From Lentisphaeria bacterium (lineage in GTDB: Bacteria; Verrucomicrobiota; Lentisphaeria; Victivallales; UBA1829), in the NCBI GenBank assembly GCA_017646015.1, contig JAGCNI010000009.1, positions 10,535 to 74,534 on the forward strand: a DNA stretch of 64,000 nucleotides. The letters run 5' to 3'. Below, one piece after another: positions 44,022 to 52,298 of the stretch. Position numbers and translations under genes: made by a program. Within the stretch, counting starts at the first letter, position 1; every line of letters begins with the position of its first letter. The notes below the pieces were generated by a model, which saw only the letters and a list, made by a program, of their open reading frames with translations, was not told where the DNA came from and did no database searches.

Positions 44022-45850
44022 AAAAGCAGCGTACATTTTCAGGTGTATCACACCGTTCCTCCCGCAAGGGCGGGACGGTGTTTCTTTTCCTGCTCACGGC
44101 AGCGGCGTTTCTGCTGCGCCTGACCGTTTCTTTCCAATTGGTCAAGAACGATCCGGCGGCGGCAACCCCTGCCCTGATCACGGATATGAAGACTTATCAG
44201 ACACTTGCCTTGCAGATCCTGCAAGGGGAGTTCCCGTCTGTATTTTATTATCAGCCATTTTACTATGCAGTTTTTCTGCCGCTGGTGATGCTGGTGAGTA
44301 AGAGTTGTTATTTTCTTGCTGTTGTCCAGTCCCTGCTGGGTGCGGGAGTGGTCTGGTTTTGCGGATGCAGTGCCCGTCTGATCGCGGGACGCCGCAGCGG
44401 TTACTGGAGTGCATTCCTGTGTACGTTCAGTGCCATTCTGATTTATTTTACGCCTTATTATCTGTTGGAGATCCTGCAGGCGTTCTGGATCACTCTGTTA
44501 TTTTATCTGACTTTACGGGCATGGCACAAACCTTGCTGGTCGAACTGGCTCTGGTGCGGTCTGGTGCTGGGCTGTTCGATCCTGACCCGCGGCAATACCT
44601 GGTGTTTTCTGCCGGTACTGTTGGGGGTGATGTTCTTGCGGAAAAATATTGTTTCCCGCAAATGGAATCTTGCTGTTTCAATGGTTGTCCTGCTGGTGGC
44701 GATCCTGCTTCCCCAGCTGCCGTTTTCCATTTATAATTCTTTCCGGACAGGGGAGTTGCGTGGACCTTCCACCGCCGGGAATGCGGTTCTTGCATTCGGA
44801 AACAATCCGGAGGGTGCGCCTGCCGGACTGGAAATTCCTTATTCTGCGACGTATGAATTATGGCTGGAGCATGAAAAAGAGATCTCCATTCCGAAACGGA
44901 TGTGGGAATGGTTCAAAGAAGAACCGGCAGCGTTTCTGGAACAGCAATTTCAGAAATTTATTCTTTTCTGGGATGCCACGGATCATCCCAATAATATCAC
45001 GGAACTGAATGCGTTGAAGAGTCCGCTGATGCAAACGTTCCGTTTTCTGCCGACCGGAGTCATATTTGTACTGGCTCTTGCCGGATTGATGAATGGTTTT
45101 TACCGGGGATATTTCAGAAAACGGAAAAAATTTCTGCTGCTCTGGAGTTTCATATTCCTCTATGCACTTTCCATTATTGCTTTTTATATTCTGGCAAGAT
45201 TCCGTCTGCCGATCCTGCCGCTGCTCTGTATCAGCGGAGGAATTTACCTCGGATCTGTTTTCCGGAAAGGACCTTTCAAAGAGCGTTTTCACCGTATCTG
45301 CATGACCGCTTTTGCCATCTTTGCAGTGTATGGATTATGCCCGCTCTATGCCTATGTGTACGAGCCGATCATAACATCCTGGACTCGTCCGGCGGGGGTC
45401 AATGTGGAATTTGAAAAACCGCCTTACAAATGGCAGAATGCACCGGGCGGAAATTATCTGCTGGTATGTGATCATACATCAGCTCTGAAAGGCGGTTGGA
45501 TCGGAATGGGGGATGCCATGACCATGACCAAGTTTTTCAGAATCAAAAAACCATTACGCACCAACCGGGCTTTGCTGAGTATTCCTGTTTTCGGTTATGG
45601 TTCATTCCTGTTGAGTGTGAACGGTGTCGAAAAATCCTGTTCCGTCAACAGCAACGGCAGCCGTATTCTGATGGAAGTCCCTGTTCAGGAGAGAAACGGC
45701 GTGATCCGTCTGGATATGAACTTTTCCCATTCCACAGGCAACTGGTCGATCGCCATGGACTCCCGCAGAAATTACGGCAGAACCATATTGAACGATACTC
45801 CGGTTCCCTATGAAAGTGTGATGTTCCTGTTGATTCCTGTGGAAAAATGA
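44018..45850 (+). CDS. Polytopic membrane glycosyltransferase-like protein (GT39/ArnT/PMT_2-like)
   Basis: 610 aa with about 10-12 TM segments in the first ~400 aa, then a soluble C-terminal domain. TTG start overlaps the frr stop (TTGA). The family call comes from architecture and weak motif resemblance only. Confidence 0.45.
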   Translation: MKKQRTFSGVSHRSSRKGGTVFLFLLTAAAFLLRLTVSFQLVKNDPAAATPALITDMKTYQTLALQILQGEFPSVFYYQPFYYAVFLPLVMLVSKSCYFLAVVQSLLGAGVVWFCGCSARLIAGRRSGYWSAFLCTFSAILIYFTPYYLLEILQAFWITLLFYLTLRAWHKPCWSNWLWCGLVLGCSILTRGNTWCFLPVLLGVMFLRKNIVSRKWNLAVSMVVLLVAILLPQLPFSIYNSFRTGELRGPSTAGNAVLAFGNNPEGAPAGLEIPYSATYELWLEHEKEISIPKRMWEWFKEEPAAFLEQQFQKFILFWDATDHPNNITELNALKSPLMQTFRFLPTGVIFVLALAGLMNGFYRGYFRKRKKFLLLWSFIFLYALSIIAFYILARFRLPILPLLCISGGIYLGSVFRKGPFKERFHRICMTAFAIFAVYGLCPLYAYVYEPIITSWTRPAGVNVEFEKPPYKWQNAPGGNYLLVCDHTSALKGGWIGMGDAMTMTKFFRIKKPLRTNRALLSIPVFGYGSFLLSVNGVEKSCSVNSNGSRILMEVPVQERNGVIRLDMNFSHSTGNWSIAMDSRRNYGRTILNDTPVPYESVMFLLIPVEK

Positions 45851-45853
45851 TCC

Positions 45854-46351
45854 TTACAACAGACAGCTCATCACATAATCATCCATAAAAAAGCCGTTTC
45901 CAATGTCGATTTTGACCGATTCCGTGACTTGAAAACCGTTGCGGATATAGGCTTTATAAGCCCGTTGATTATACTTGTTGACATTCAGGCGCAGGATGGA
46001 AAATCCCTGTGCGGCAGCCTGTTTTCTGACTTCCCGGAGCATGGCTGAACCGAATCCCTGTCCGTGGAATTGTTCCAGCAGATATAATTTATGCAGCTTG
46101 GCTGTTTTTTCCTGATATGCAGACCACGAGATATATCCGGCAGGGGAACCGTTGATTTTCAGCAGAATGAAATGATATCCCTCTGCCTGTTCCTTTTCCA
46201 TGACTTCCGGAGCATACATCATATTCATCATATAAACGATCTGTTCCTGCGAGAGGATCGAACGGAATGTTTTGGGCCAGATATCTGCGGCAATATCCCG
46301 GACAGCCTGCAAACTTTCCGGAGTTGTGAGTTCGATAAAATCAATATCCAT
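45854..46351 (-). CDS. GNAT-family N-acetyltransferase
   Basis: Acetyl-CoA binding block FHGQGFGSAMLREV....NQRAYKAYIRNGF. Confidence 0.8.
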   Translation of the reverse strand: MDIDFIELTTPESLQAVRDIAADIWPKTFRSILSQEQIVYMMNMMYAPEVMEKEQAEGYHFILLKINGSPAGYISWSAYQEKTAKLHKLYLLEQFHGQGFGSAMLREVRKQAAAQGFSILRLNVNKYNQRAYKAYIRNGFQVTESVKIDIGNGFFMDDYVMSCLL

Positions 46352-46456
46352 AATACAGTTTCTTTCTGATAAAATCTGTTGATTTCAATTTGCCGGAAAG
46401 ATACTCTTTCAAATTGATTTTGTCAAATCCGGATCAAAGTTTATTGTAGAGATGAG

Positions 46457-47548
46457 TCATAACTCTTCCCCGAAATCAAATTCCGGCTGGATCATACCAC
46501 CGCTCTCACCAGGCTCAGGATCATAAAAATTGGATACCGTAACACCGATCAGGCGGACAGGGATCTTTTCCGCTTCTGTTTTCAGCAGCAGTTCCCTTGC
46601 CACGAGATTGATCTGTTCCGGATCATTGGTATATTCTGCAATAGTACGGCTCCGCGTGATGGTACGGAAATCAAAAAATTTCACTTTCAGCGTAATTGTT
46701 TTTCCTTTGAGAGAATGTTTCTGTAAATCGGCAGCCACCTCGACCGCCTGCTGCCGGAGGAATGAGACCAGTTCGGGCATATCAGTGATATCCTGTTGAA
46801 AGGTGGATTCTGTCCCCAGTGATTTTGCCTCTCTTTCCGGCGTGATTTCCCGGTCATCCATTCCGCGGACAACATTATAATAATATTCTCCTGTTTTTCC
46901 GAACGTGCAAATCAGTTCCTCTTTGGATAAACGCAGAAGATCCGCTCCATTGCGTATGCCGTGTTCGATCATGAATTTTTCTGTGACCTTTCCGACACCG
47001 TAAAACTTTCCGATCGGGAGTTTCCGTAAAATTCCGGGAGCATCCTCCGGAGTGATCACAGTCAATCCGTCAGGCTTCTGCATATCCGAAGCGATTTTTG
47101 CAAGAAACATATTATAAGAAACCCCGGCGGAGGCTGTCAGCCCGCCTGTCTCCTGAAAAATCCTTTTTTTGATCTCTCTGGCTGTCCGTGTTGCATAAGG
47201 GATCCCGCGCTTGTTGATCGTTACATCCAGATACGCTTCATCCAGCGAAAGCGGTTCCACAAGATCTGTATAATCCAGAAAAATAGAACGGATCTTGCGG
47301 GATGCTTCTTTATAGAGCGCAAAATTCGGACGGAGAAAAATGGCATCCGGACATCTTCTGAAAGCAATACTGGCAGCCATTCCGGAATGGATCCCGAATT
47401 TTCTTGCTTCATAAGAGCAGGTTGAAACCACCCCGCGTGAATGAGGATCCCCGCCGACAATGACCGGTTTTCCCCGGAGAGCAGGATTTTCGCGGATCTC
47501 GACAGACGCATAGAACGCATCCATATCGATATGAATGATTTTTTTCAT
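46457..47548 (-). CDS. dinB: DNA polymerase IV (Y-family)
   Basis: MKKIIHIDMDAFYASVE, SLDEAYLDV, GVSYNMFLAKIASD, GVGKVT. I prefer the start at 47548; the listed ORF extends to 47614. Confidence 0.9.
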   Translation of the reverse strand: MKKIIHIDMDAFYASVEIRENPALRGKPVIVGGDPHSRGVVSTCSYEARKFGIHSGMAASIAFRRCPDAIFLRPNFALYKEASRKIRSIFLDYTDLVEPLSLDEAYLDVTINKRGIPYATRTAREIKKRIFQETGGLTASAGVSYNMFLAKIASDMQKPDGLTVITPEDAPGILRKLPIGKFYGVGKVTEKFMIEHGIRNGADLLRLSKEELICTFGKTGEYYYNVVRGMDDREITPEREAKSLGTESTFQQDITDMPELVSFLRQQAVEVAADLQKHSLKGKTITLKVKFFDFRTITRSRTIAEYTNDPEQINLVARELLLKTEAEKIPVRLIGVTVSNFYDPEPGESGGMIQPEFDFGEEL

Positions 47549-47744
47549 AATGTGTCTTTCTGCCGGATCCCTTGTTTCATTTTCTGTTACTTCCGATCGA
47601 AACAATACAGTCATCTCATTGATTTTTCAACCATAAAAGAGCAGAGAAACCCTGATTTTGAGTTGCAGCGTTCTTATTTCGGACTTATTCCGGAGACAAA
47701 ATCCTTATAAAATGAAAAAAAATGAAAAAAAATCAAAAAACAGC

Positions 47745-47772
47745 TTGACAAAATTGATTTTGATGATATATT
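47745..47772 (+). promoter_or_regulatory. Sigma70-type promoter of tRNA-Asn with an upstream A-tract (UP-like) region
   Basis: TTGACA (47745-47750), a 16 nt spacer, then TATATT (47767-47772), 18 nt before the tRNA 5' end. It is preceded by aatgaaaaaaaatgaaaaaaaatcaaaaaa. Confidence 0.5.
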
Positions 47773-47789
47773 AGGGAACATTGAAACGC

Positions 47790-47864
47790 TCCGGCATAGC
47801 TCAGCGGTAGAGTAGGTGGCTGTTAACCACTTGGTCGCTGGTTCGAATCCAGCTGCCGGAGCCA
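47790..47864 (+). tRNA. tRNA-Asn (anticodon GTT), CCA encoded
   Basis: Acceptor stem tccggca (47790-96) / tgccgga (47854-60). D-arm agctcagcggtagagt. Anticodon loop ctGTTaa. T-arm ggttcgaatcc. Discriminator g plus cca. Confidence 0.95.
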
Positions 47865-48215
47865 TTTTTATTTTAAACGAATACGCCTTCTTTTTTTCAG
47901 ATAGAAATCCCTCTCTTCAATACACAAAACAACTGTATTTTGCCGTCTTTAACGGTTTTTGTCCTGAATCATACCTTTCACGCAGAAAATCTCCGGCAGT
48001 TGATATATTTTCAATTTTAGATACATCCGATCCCGGAAGTTGCACGCCTGTCGGATCAGACATTGGATTTTATTGTATATCTATTGTACATGATTGGAAG
48101 AGGATCTGCGCTGCTGCTGAGTGGGGATTTCCGGAAAAAATGAGTTCGTTTTTTTATAACTTTCTGTATATTCGTGATTTTTTTTGAAATTTTTTAAAAA
48201 AATCTGAAAAGCATC

Positions 48216-48245
48216 TTGACACTGATGTACAGTAGTCATTATAAT
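48216..48245 (+). promoter_or_regulatory. Candidate promoter of the GntR/LacI-type regulator gene
   Basis: TTGACA (48216-48221), an 18 nt spacer, then TATAAT (48240-48245), 33 nt upstream of ATG 48279. Confidence 0.4.
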
Positions 48246-48278
48246 ATGTTGCAGAAAGGATCAAAAGGAGTTGATTTT

Positions 48279-49316
48279 ATGCTGAAACGGTATCCTGAAG
48301 TTGCTGCAATGATAGCAGAGATGGTGACGGAAATGCCGCCGGAAAAACGTTTGCCCGGTTCTGCCCTGTTGGCGGAACGGTTCGGGGTGAATCAGCGTAC
48401 TGTGATGAAAGCACTTCATTTGTTGGCAGCGAAAAATCTGGTTGTGATCCGTGGAACAGGCGGAGTTTATCCTGTAAAAAAGAGTGTCCCGAGCCGGAGA
48501 CGCTCCGGGATCATTGCTGTTGTGGGGGTTGCCTCCGATACCGAACTGGCAGGTTTTATACGGGAGAAACTTTCTGATTCCGGATACCGTCCGGTTTTTC
48601 TGGATTTTGATCCGGAGGTATTTGAAGAGAATCCTGCATTTGTATTGAACTTTCCGGCAGATGGTTTTCTGTTCCGTTTTTCCACGAATTTCAATTTGCG
48701 GATAGAAAAACATTTATCGGATATCCACATGCCGTTTGTTTTGCTGAATTCTCATGATGAATATGAATTTGCAGATTCGTCGTCGAATGATCTTCGGAAA
48801 GGGTGGAAATTGCTTCTGAGTTATCTCGTGGAACAAGGTTGTCGCAAGATCGCTTTTATCGAAGGTAAACCGGCTCCGGGTTATGAAAAATATGAAGAAC
48901 ATATACAGCAGATCTTTTCGGAACAGCTCGGAGACTGTCTTTTCGGCGGAAAATGTTTTTTCCTGGATTATGGACAGGATACGGTCAAACTTTTCGATAT
49001 TCTTGTCGATGAGTTTTTGAAACTGGAGGATCCGCCGGATGCCATTGTGACCGGGAGCGGTGTTCTTGCGAATTTTCTGCTGGCAAAATTTCCGGAACCG
49101 CATTCCTTTTATATCGGAGCAAGCTGGGACAGCAACAGTCTTCCGCCGCCGGGTTTTCTGTGTGCTTTTCATGACAGCCATGATCGTGCGGGTTGGGCTC
49201 TTGACCGCTTGATTCTCCGGATTGATGGAGATACCCGTCCCTGGGAACATCATATTTCTCCGGTACGGCTTCAAATACCGGCGAATGAAAAAATATCTTC
49301 AGAAACAACTATATAA
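48279..49316 (+). CDS. Transcriptional regulator: GntR-type winged HTH plus periplasmic-binding-protein (LacI-like) sugar-sensing domain
   Basis: LPGSALLAERFGVNQRTVMKALHLLAAKNLVVIRGTGGVYPV is a GntR HTH. The remaining ~270 aa has an alternating beta-alpha PBP-like pattern. ATG 48279 is preceded by aaaaggag. Confidence 0.7.
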   Translation: MLKRYPEVAAMIAEMVTEMPPEKRLPGSALLAERFGVNQRTVMKALHLLAAKNLVVIRGTGGVYPVKKSVPSRRRSGIIAVVGVASDTELAGFIREKLSDSGYRPVFLDFDPEVFEENPAFVLNFPADGFLFRFSTNFNLRIEKHLSDIHMPFVLLNSHDEYEFADSSSNDLRKGWKLLLSYLVEQGCRKIAFIEGKPAPGYEKYEEHIQQIFSEQLGDCLFGGKCFFLDYGQDTVKLFDILVDEFLKLEDPPDAIVTGSGVLANFLLAKFPEPHSFYIGASWDSNSLPPPGFLCAFHDSHDRAGWALDRLILRIDGDTRPWEHHISPVRLQIPANEKISSETTI

Positions 49317-49525
49317 TTTCAGATTAAAGGAGGTTTTACTTAAAAGGAGAAAATTTTTAACGCGATTTGCAGAATCTATTGCAAAAATAGTTTTTGCAGA
49401 TAGAGGAGAAAACCTGTGGGAATAAAAGAAACAGAACAGGGAATAAACCGGAAAAATTATCAATTAAAAACAGTATAAGGAAAATCCGGAAATCAGCCCC
49501 CTGTTTTCAGGATTCCTGTTGCAGA

Positions 49526-49659
49526 GACGCATAACATAAGTTATGTTGTATCAACAAGAACCAGATCCCGCTCAAAAACATCAAATTCTTTAGTGAAAGG
49601 AAACCAAGTTATGCGTAAAAATGAACCCAATCAGTACAACATAAGTTATGTTATGCGTC
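49526..49659. repeat. 24/25 nt inverted repeat pair, each arm centred on the perfect 15 bp palindrome AACATAAGTTATGTT
   Basis: Arm 1 is gacgcataacataagttatgttgta (49526-49550). Arm 2 is tacaacataagttatgttatgcgtc (49635-49659). The reverse complement of arm 2 differs from arm 1 only at the central base. The palindromes lie at 49533-49547 and 49638-49652. Confidence 0.9.
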
Positions 49660-50354
49660 GCAGCTTTACATTGATCGAGCTCCTCGTGGTGATTGCTATC
49701 ATTGCAATTCTCGCAGGTATGCTGCTGCCCGCCCTGAACAGTGCACGTGAAAAAGCAAGAGCGATCAAATGTATCTCCAATCTGAAACAGATCGGGTATG
49801 GCTATGCTATGTATGTGAACTCAAACAATGAACATTATCCCACTACACAGAATGGTTATCAGTGGTGGCAGGCAATGTTCATCTCGGATTACGGCTGTTC
49901 TGAAAAAGTCTTTATCTGCCCCACTGAAATTTCCGAATATTCTTCTGCCATTCAGAAATCCTATCATTACGGACATCCTCTGAATATTCTCGGTGCTTTC
50001 GGTCAGGAGGGTCCTCAGGTGTACCGCAAACAGACTCTTCTGATTCAGAAAGGGGCTGACTCGGAAACCATTATTTCCACAGGAGCAGTTCCGACTCAAT
50101 CTGCGGTTGATGGAACCAACAAACATCCGGATATGACCAATACCGGAGCACCTTACATTGACCGTCCGGACGGCGGCAAATTCTATCCTCTGCATAAAAA
50201 CTGTTATTACTATGCTCCGTATGCCCGTCACAGCATGAGAGCCAATGCTCTGTTCTTCGATCTTCATGTGGATACGATCAATCATCAGCAGATCACCAAC
50301 TGGAGATATTGGGCACCGTTTATAAACAGCAAGGGAATCTGGTCTGAAAAATGA
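49611..50354 (+). CDS. Prepilin-type N-terminal cleavage/methylation domain protein (DUF1559-like pseudopilin)
   Basis: [50 protein letters not shown] 49611 has RBS aaagga. An alternative ATG 49653 would give the classic short leader [11 protein letters not shown] but lacks an RBS. The listed ORF starts at GTG 49593. Confidence 0.8.
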   Translation: MRKNEPNQYNISYVMRRSFTLIELLVVIAIIAILAGMLLPALNSAREKARAIKCISNLKQIGYGYAMYVNSNNEHYPTTQNGYQWWQAMFISDYGCSEKVFICPTEISEYSSAIQKSYHYGHPLNILGAFGQEGPQVYRKQTLLIQKGADSETIISTGAVPTQSAVDGTNKHPDMTNTGAPYIDRPDGGKFYPLHKNCYYYAPYARHSMRANALFFDLHVDTINHQQITNWRYWAPFINSKGIWSEK

Positions 50355-51106
50355 AACTGATCACACTCGGTACTGCAGCGGGCAACTCTGCCCGTGACCG
50401 TGCAAATGCTTCCAATCTGATTATTTGCGGCGGCAAATATTATCTGATCGATGCTGGCGAACCTGTCAAAGCGTTGATTTTCAGCCGTGATATTCCCTAT
50501 ACAGATATACAGAAAATTTTTATCAGTCATTGTCATGAAGATCATCTCGGTGGTCTTATGGGACTTTTGAACTGTTTTTTCCGTGAACTCCGGAAAGATC
50601 CTGCTGCCGATGTGACGGTGTATCTGCCTGAAATGGCGGCACAGATTCCGGTCGAAGGATTTATGAAAGTGATCCACCGGGAGATCCCGGAAGGAAAACT
50701 TACATTCAAACCGGTGGAAAGCGGGACATTTTTTGATGATGGCAATCTGAAAATCACAGCGTATCTGACCGATCATCTGGAAGGGCGCGGTCCCTCGTAT
50801 TCTTTCCTGTTGGAACATGAAGAGGAGCGTCTTCTGATCACCGGAGATCTCCGGTGGGGTGATTTCGGGGATTTTCCGCATGCAGCATTGGAAAAACCGG
50901 CGGTCTGTCTCTGTGAAGCAGTGCATTGTCCTCTGGAAACTATTGTGGATATCGTGCGTGATCTGCCGATCAAAAAATTGATTTTCACGCATTATAAAGC
51001 AAGTCTTCTGAAAGAGGATCATGATATATTTCTTGAGAAGACCAAAGGATTGCCCTATCCGGTGGTTCTTGCTGAGGATGATGAAGAATTTGATGTGGAG
51101 GAATAA
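50351..51106 (+). CDS. MBL-fold metallo-hydrolase
   Basis: HxHxDH motif [15 protein letters not shown] overlap with the pseudopilin gene. Confidence 0.7.
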   Translation: MKLITLGTAAGNSARDRANASNLIICGGKYYLIDAGEPVKALIFSRDIPYTDIQKIFISHCHEDHLGGLMGLLNCFFRELRKDPAADVTVYLPEMAAQIPVEGFMKVIHREIPEGKLTFKPVESGTFFDDGNLKITAYLTDHLEGRGPSYSFLLEHEEERLLITGDLRWGDFGDFPHAALEKPAVCLCEAVHCPLETIVDIVRDLPIKKLIFTHYKASLLKEDHDIFLEKTKGLPYPVVLAEDDEEFDVEE

Positions 51107-51111
51107 AAATT

Positions 51112-52284
51112 ATGAATCTTAATAATCCCAATGCGTATTCTGCCGGAAGTGATTCCGAGCGGATTGAACTTGCGCTGGATTATGCGTTGAAAAACTCTCT
51201 GCCGTTGGAAATCACTGCGCGACAGGCGGATGACGGCAGAAATTTCTGGCTGCTTGACCGTGCGATCCTGCTGCCGGAAAATTCTGAATTGCGTTTGATC
51301 GACTGCAAATTGAAACTTTCCGATCGCTGCCGGGATAATTTCATCCGGAGTGCCAACTGTGGACTCGGTATTGATCCGATCCGTCCGCTTTCCGGTATCC
51401 GTGTGATCGGGGTCGGCAATGCCGTTCTGGAAGGGGCGGATCATCCCCGTGCCACAGGAGACTCCGGCAAAACCATCGGGGAACAGAGCTATGGTACGGA
51501 CTCTCAGGTCGCATCGGAATCTCAGAAAGGCGACTGGAGAAATATCGGGATCCTTCTGGCAGAAGTTTCTGATTTTGTTCTGGAAAACCTTTGTATCATC
51601 AATTCCCATTGCTGGGCGATTTCTCTTGAATTTTGTAAGTATGGTACAGTCAAAGACATCCGTTTCTTTTCAACCGGAACCATTTATATTGATGGCAAAC
51701 CCCGTGTTGTGTTGAATCAGGATGGACTTGATCTGCGCCGCGGCTGCCGTCATATTCAGATCGAAAACATTTCCGGCAATACCGGAGATGATCTGGTTGC
51801 CCTTACTGCGATCGCTTATCCGGGCATGCCGGAACGTCCTGCCGGATCTCTTGCTTCGAGTATGGTCAGTGCCACTGCCCTGCGCGGTGAGGAGGATGAT
51901 GTTTTTGATATTTCCATCCGTCATGTGTATGGATACAGTGCCGGGATCTGTCAGATCGTCCGTTTCCTGAATTCCTGCGGGATCCGGATGCATGATATTC
52001 TGCTGGAAGATCTGGAAGATTGTTCCCCGGCTTATCTTCGGGATAATACGGCGGTCAAGATCGGAGATTCCAATCCCCGTTGGGGCGGTGTGACTCCGTT
52101 GGGAGATACTTACAACTTTACGGTTCGCAATGTGTTTTCCAATTCCGTTTCGGCGGTTCTGATTGCCGGTTCGTTGAAAGATTCCACGATCTCCGGAATC
52201 AAACTGCGTTCACCCGGATTGAAAGAGGTTGCGATCTCTTCCGGGGAAGAATATCTTGTCAATGTCAATATAAATAAAGAATAA
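51112..52284 (+). CDS. Right-handed beta-helix protein, GH28-like glycosidase
   Basis: NQDGLDL and NTGDDLVAL resemble the GH28 NTDG and GDD catalytic blocks, followed by repeated short beta-helix-like turns. There is no signal peptide. Confidence 0.5.
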   Translation: MNLNNPNAYSAGSDSERIELALDYALKNSLPLEITARQADDGRNFWLLDRAILLPENSELRLIDCKLKLSDRCRDNFIRSANCGLGIDPIRPLSGIRVIGVGNAVLEGADHPRATGDSGKTIGEQSYGTDSQVASESQKGDWRNIGILLAEVSDFVLENLCIINSHCWAISLEFCKYGTVKDIRFFSTGTIYIDGKPRVVLNQDGLDLRRGCRHIQIENISGNTGDDLVALTAIAYPGMPERPAGSLASSMVSATALRGEEDDVFDISIRHVYGYSAGICQIVRFLNSCGIRMHDILLEDLEDCSPAYLRDNTAVKIGDSNPRWGGVTPLGDTYNFTVRNVFSNSVSAVLIAGSLKDSTISGIKLRSPGLKEVAISSGEEYLVNVNINKE

Positions 52285-52298
52285 TAAGGAGGAAAGAA

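Noticed and set aside
47711-47740. Tandem repeat aatgaaaaaa aatgaaaaaa aatcaaaaaa as a possible minisatellite or binding array.
   Set aside because: It lies immediately upstream of the -35 of the tRNA-Asn promoter, so phased A-tracts acting as an UP element explain it more simply.
49222-49425. 67 aa ORF between the regulator and the pseudopilin gene.
   Set aside because: It overlaps the 3' end of the regulator gene, has a basic low-complexity sequence and has no RBS. It is probably non-coding.
49526-49659. Invertase-driven phase-variable switch at the pseudopilin start.
   Set aside because: Inverted repeats flanking an 84 nt segment fit the geometry. No site-specific recombinase gene is in the window, though, and the arms are themselves palindromes typical of dimeric repressor operators. 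The operator or RNA-structure explanations are preferred.
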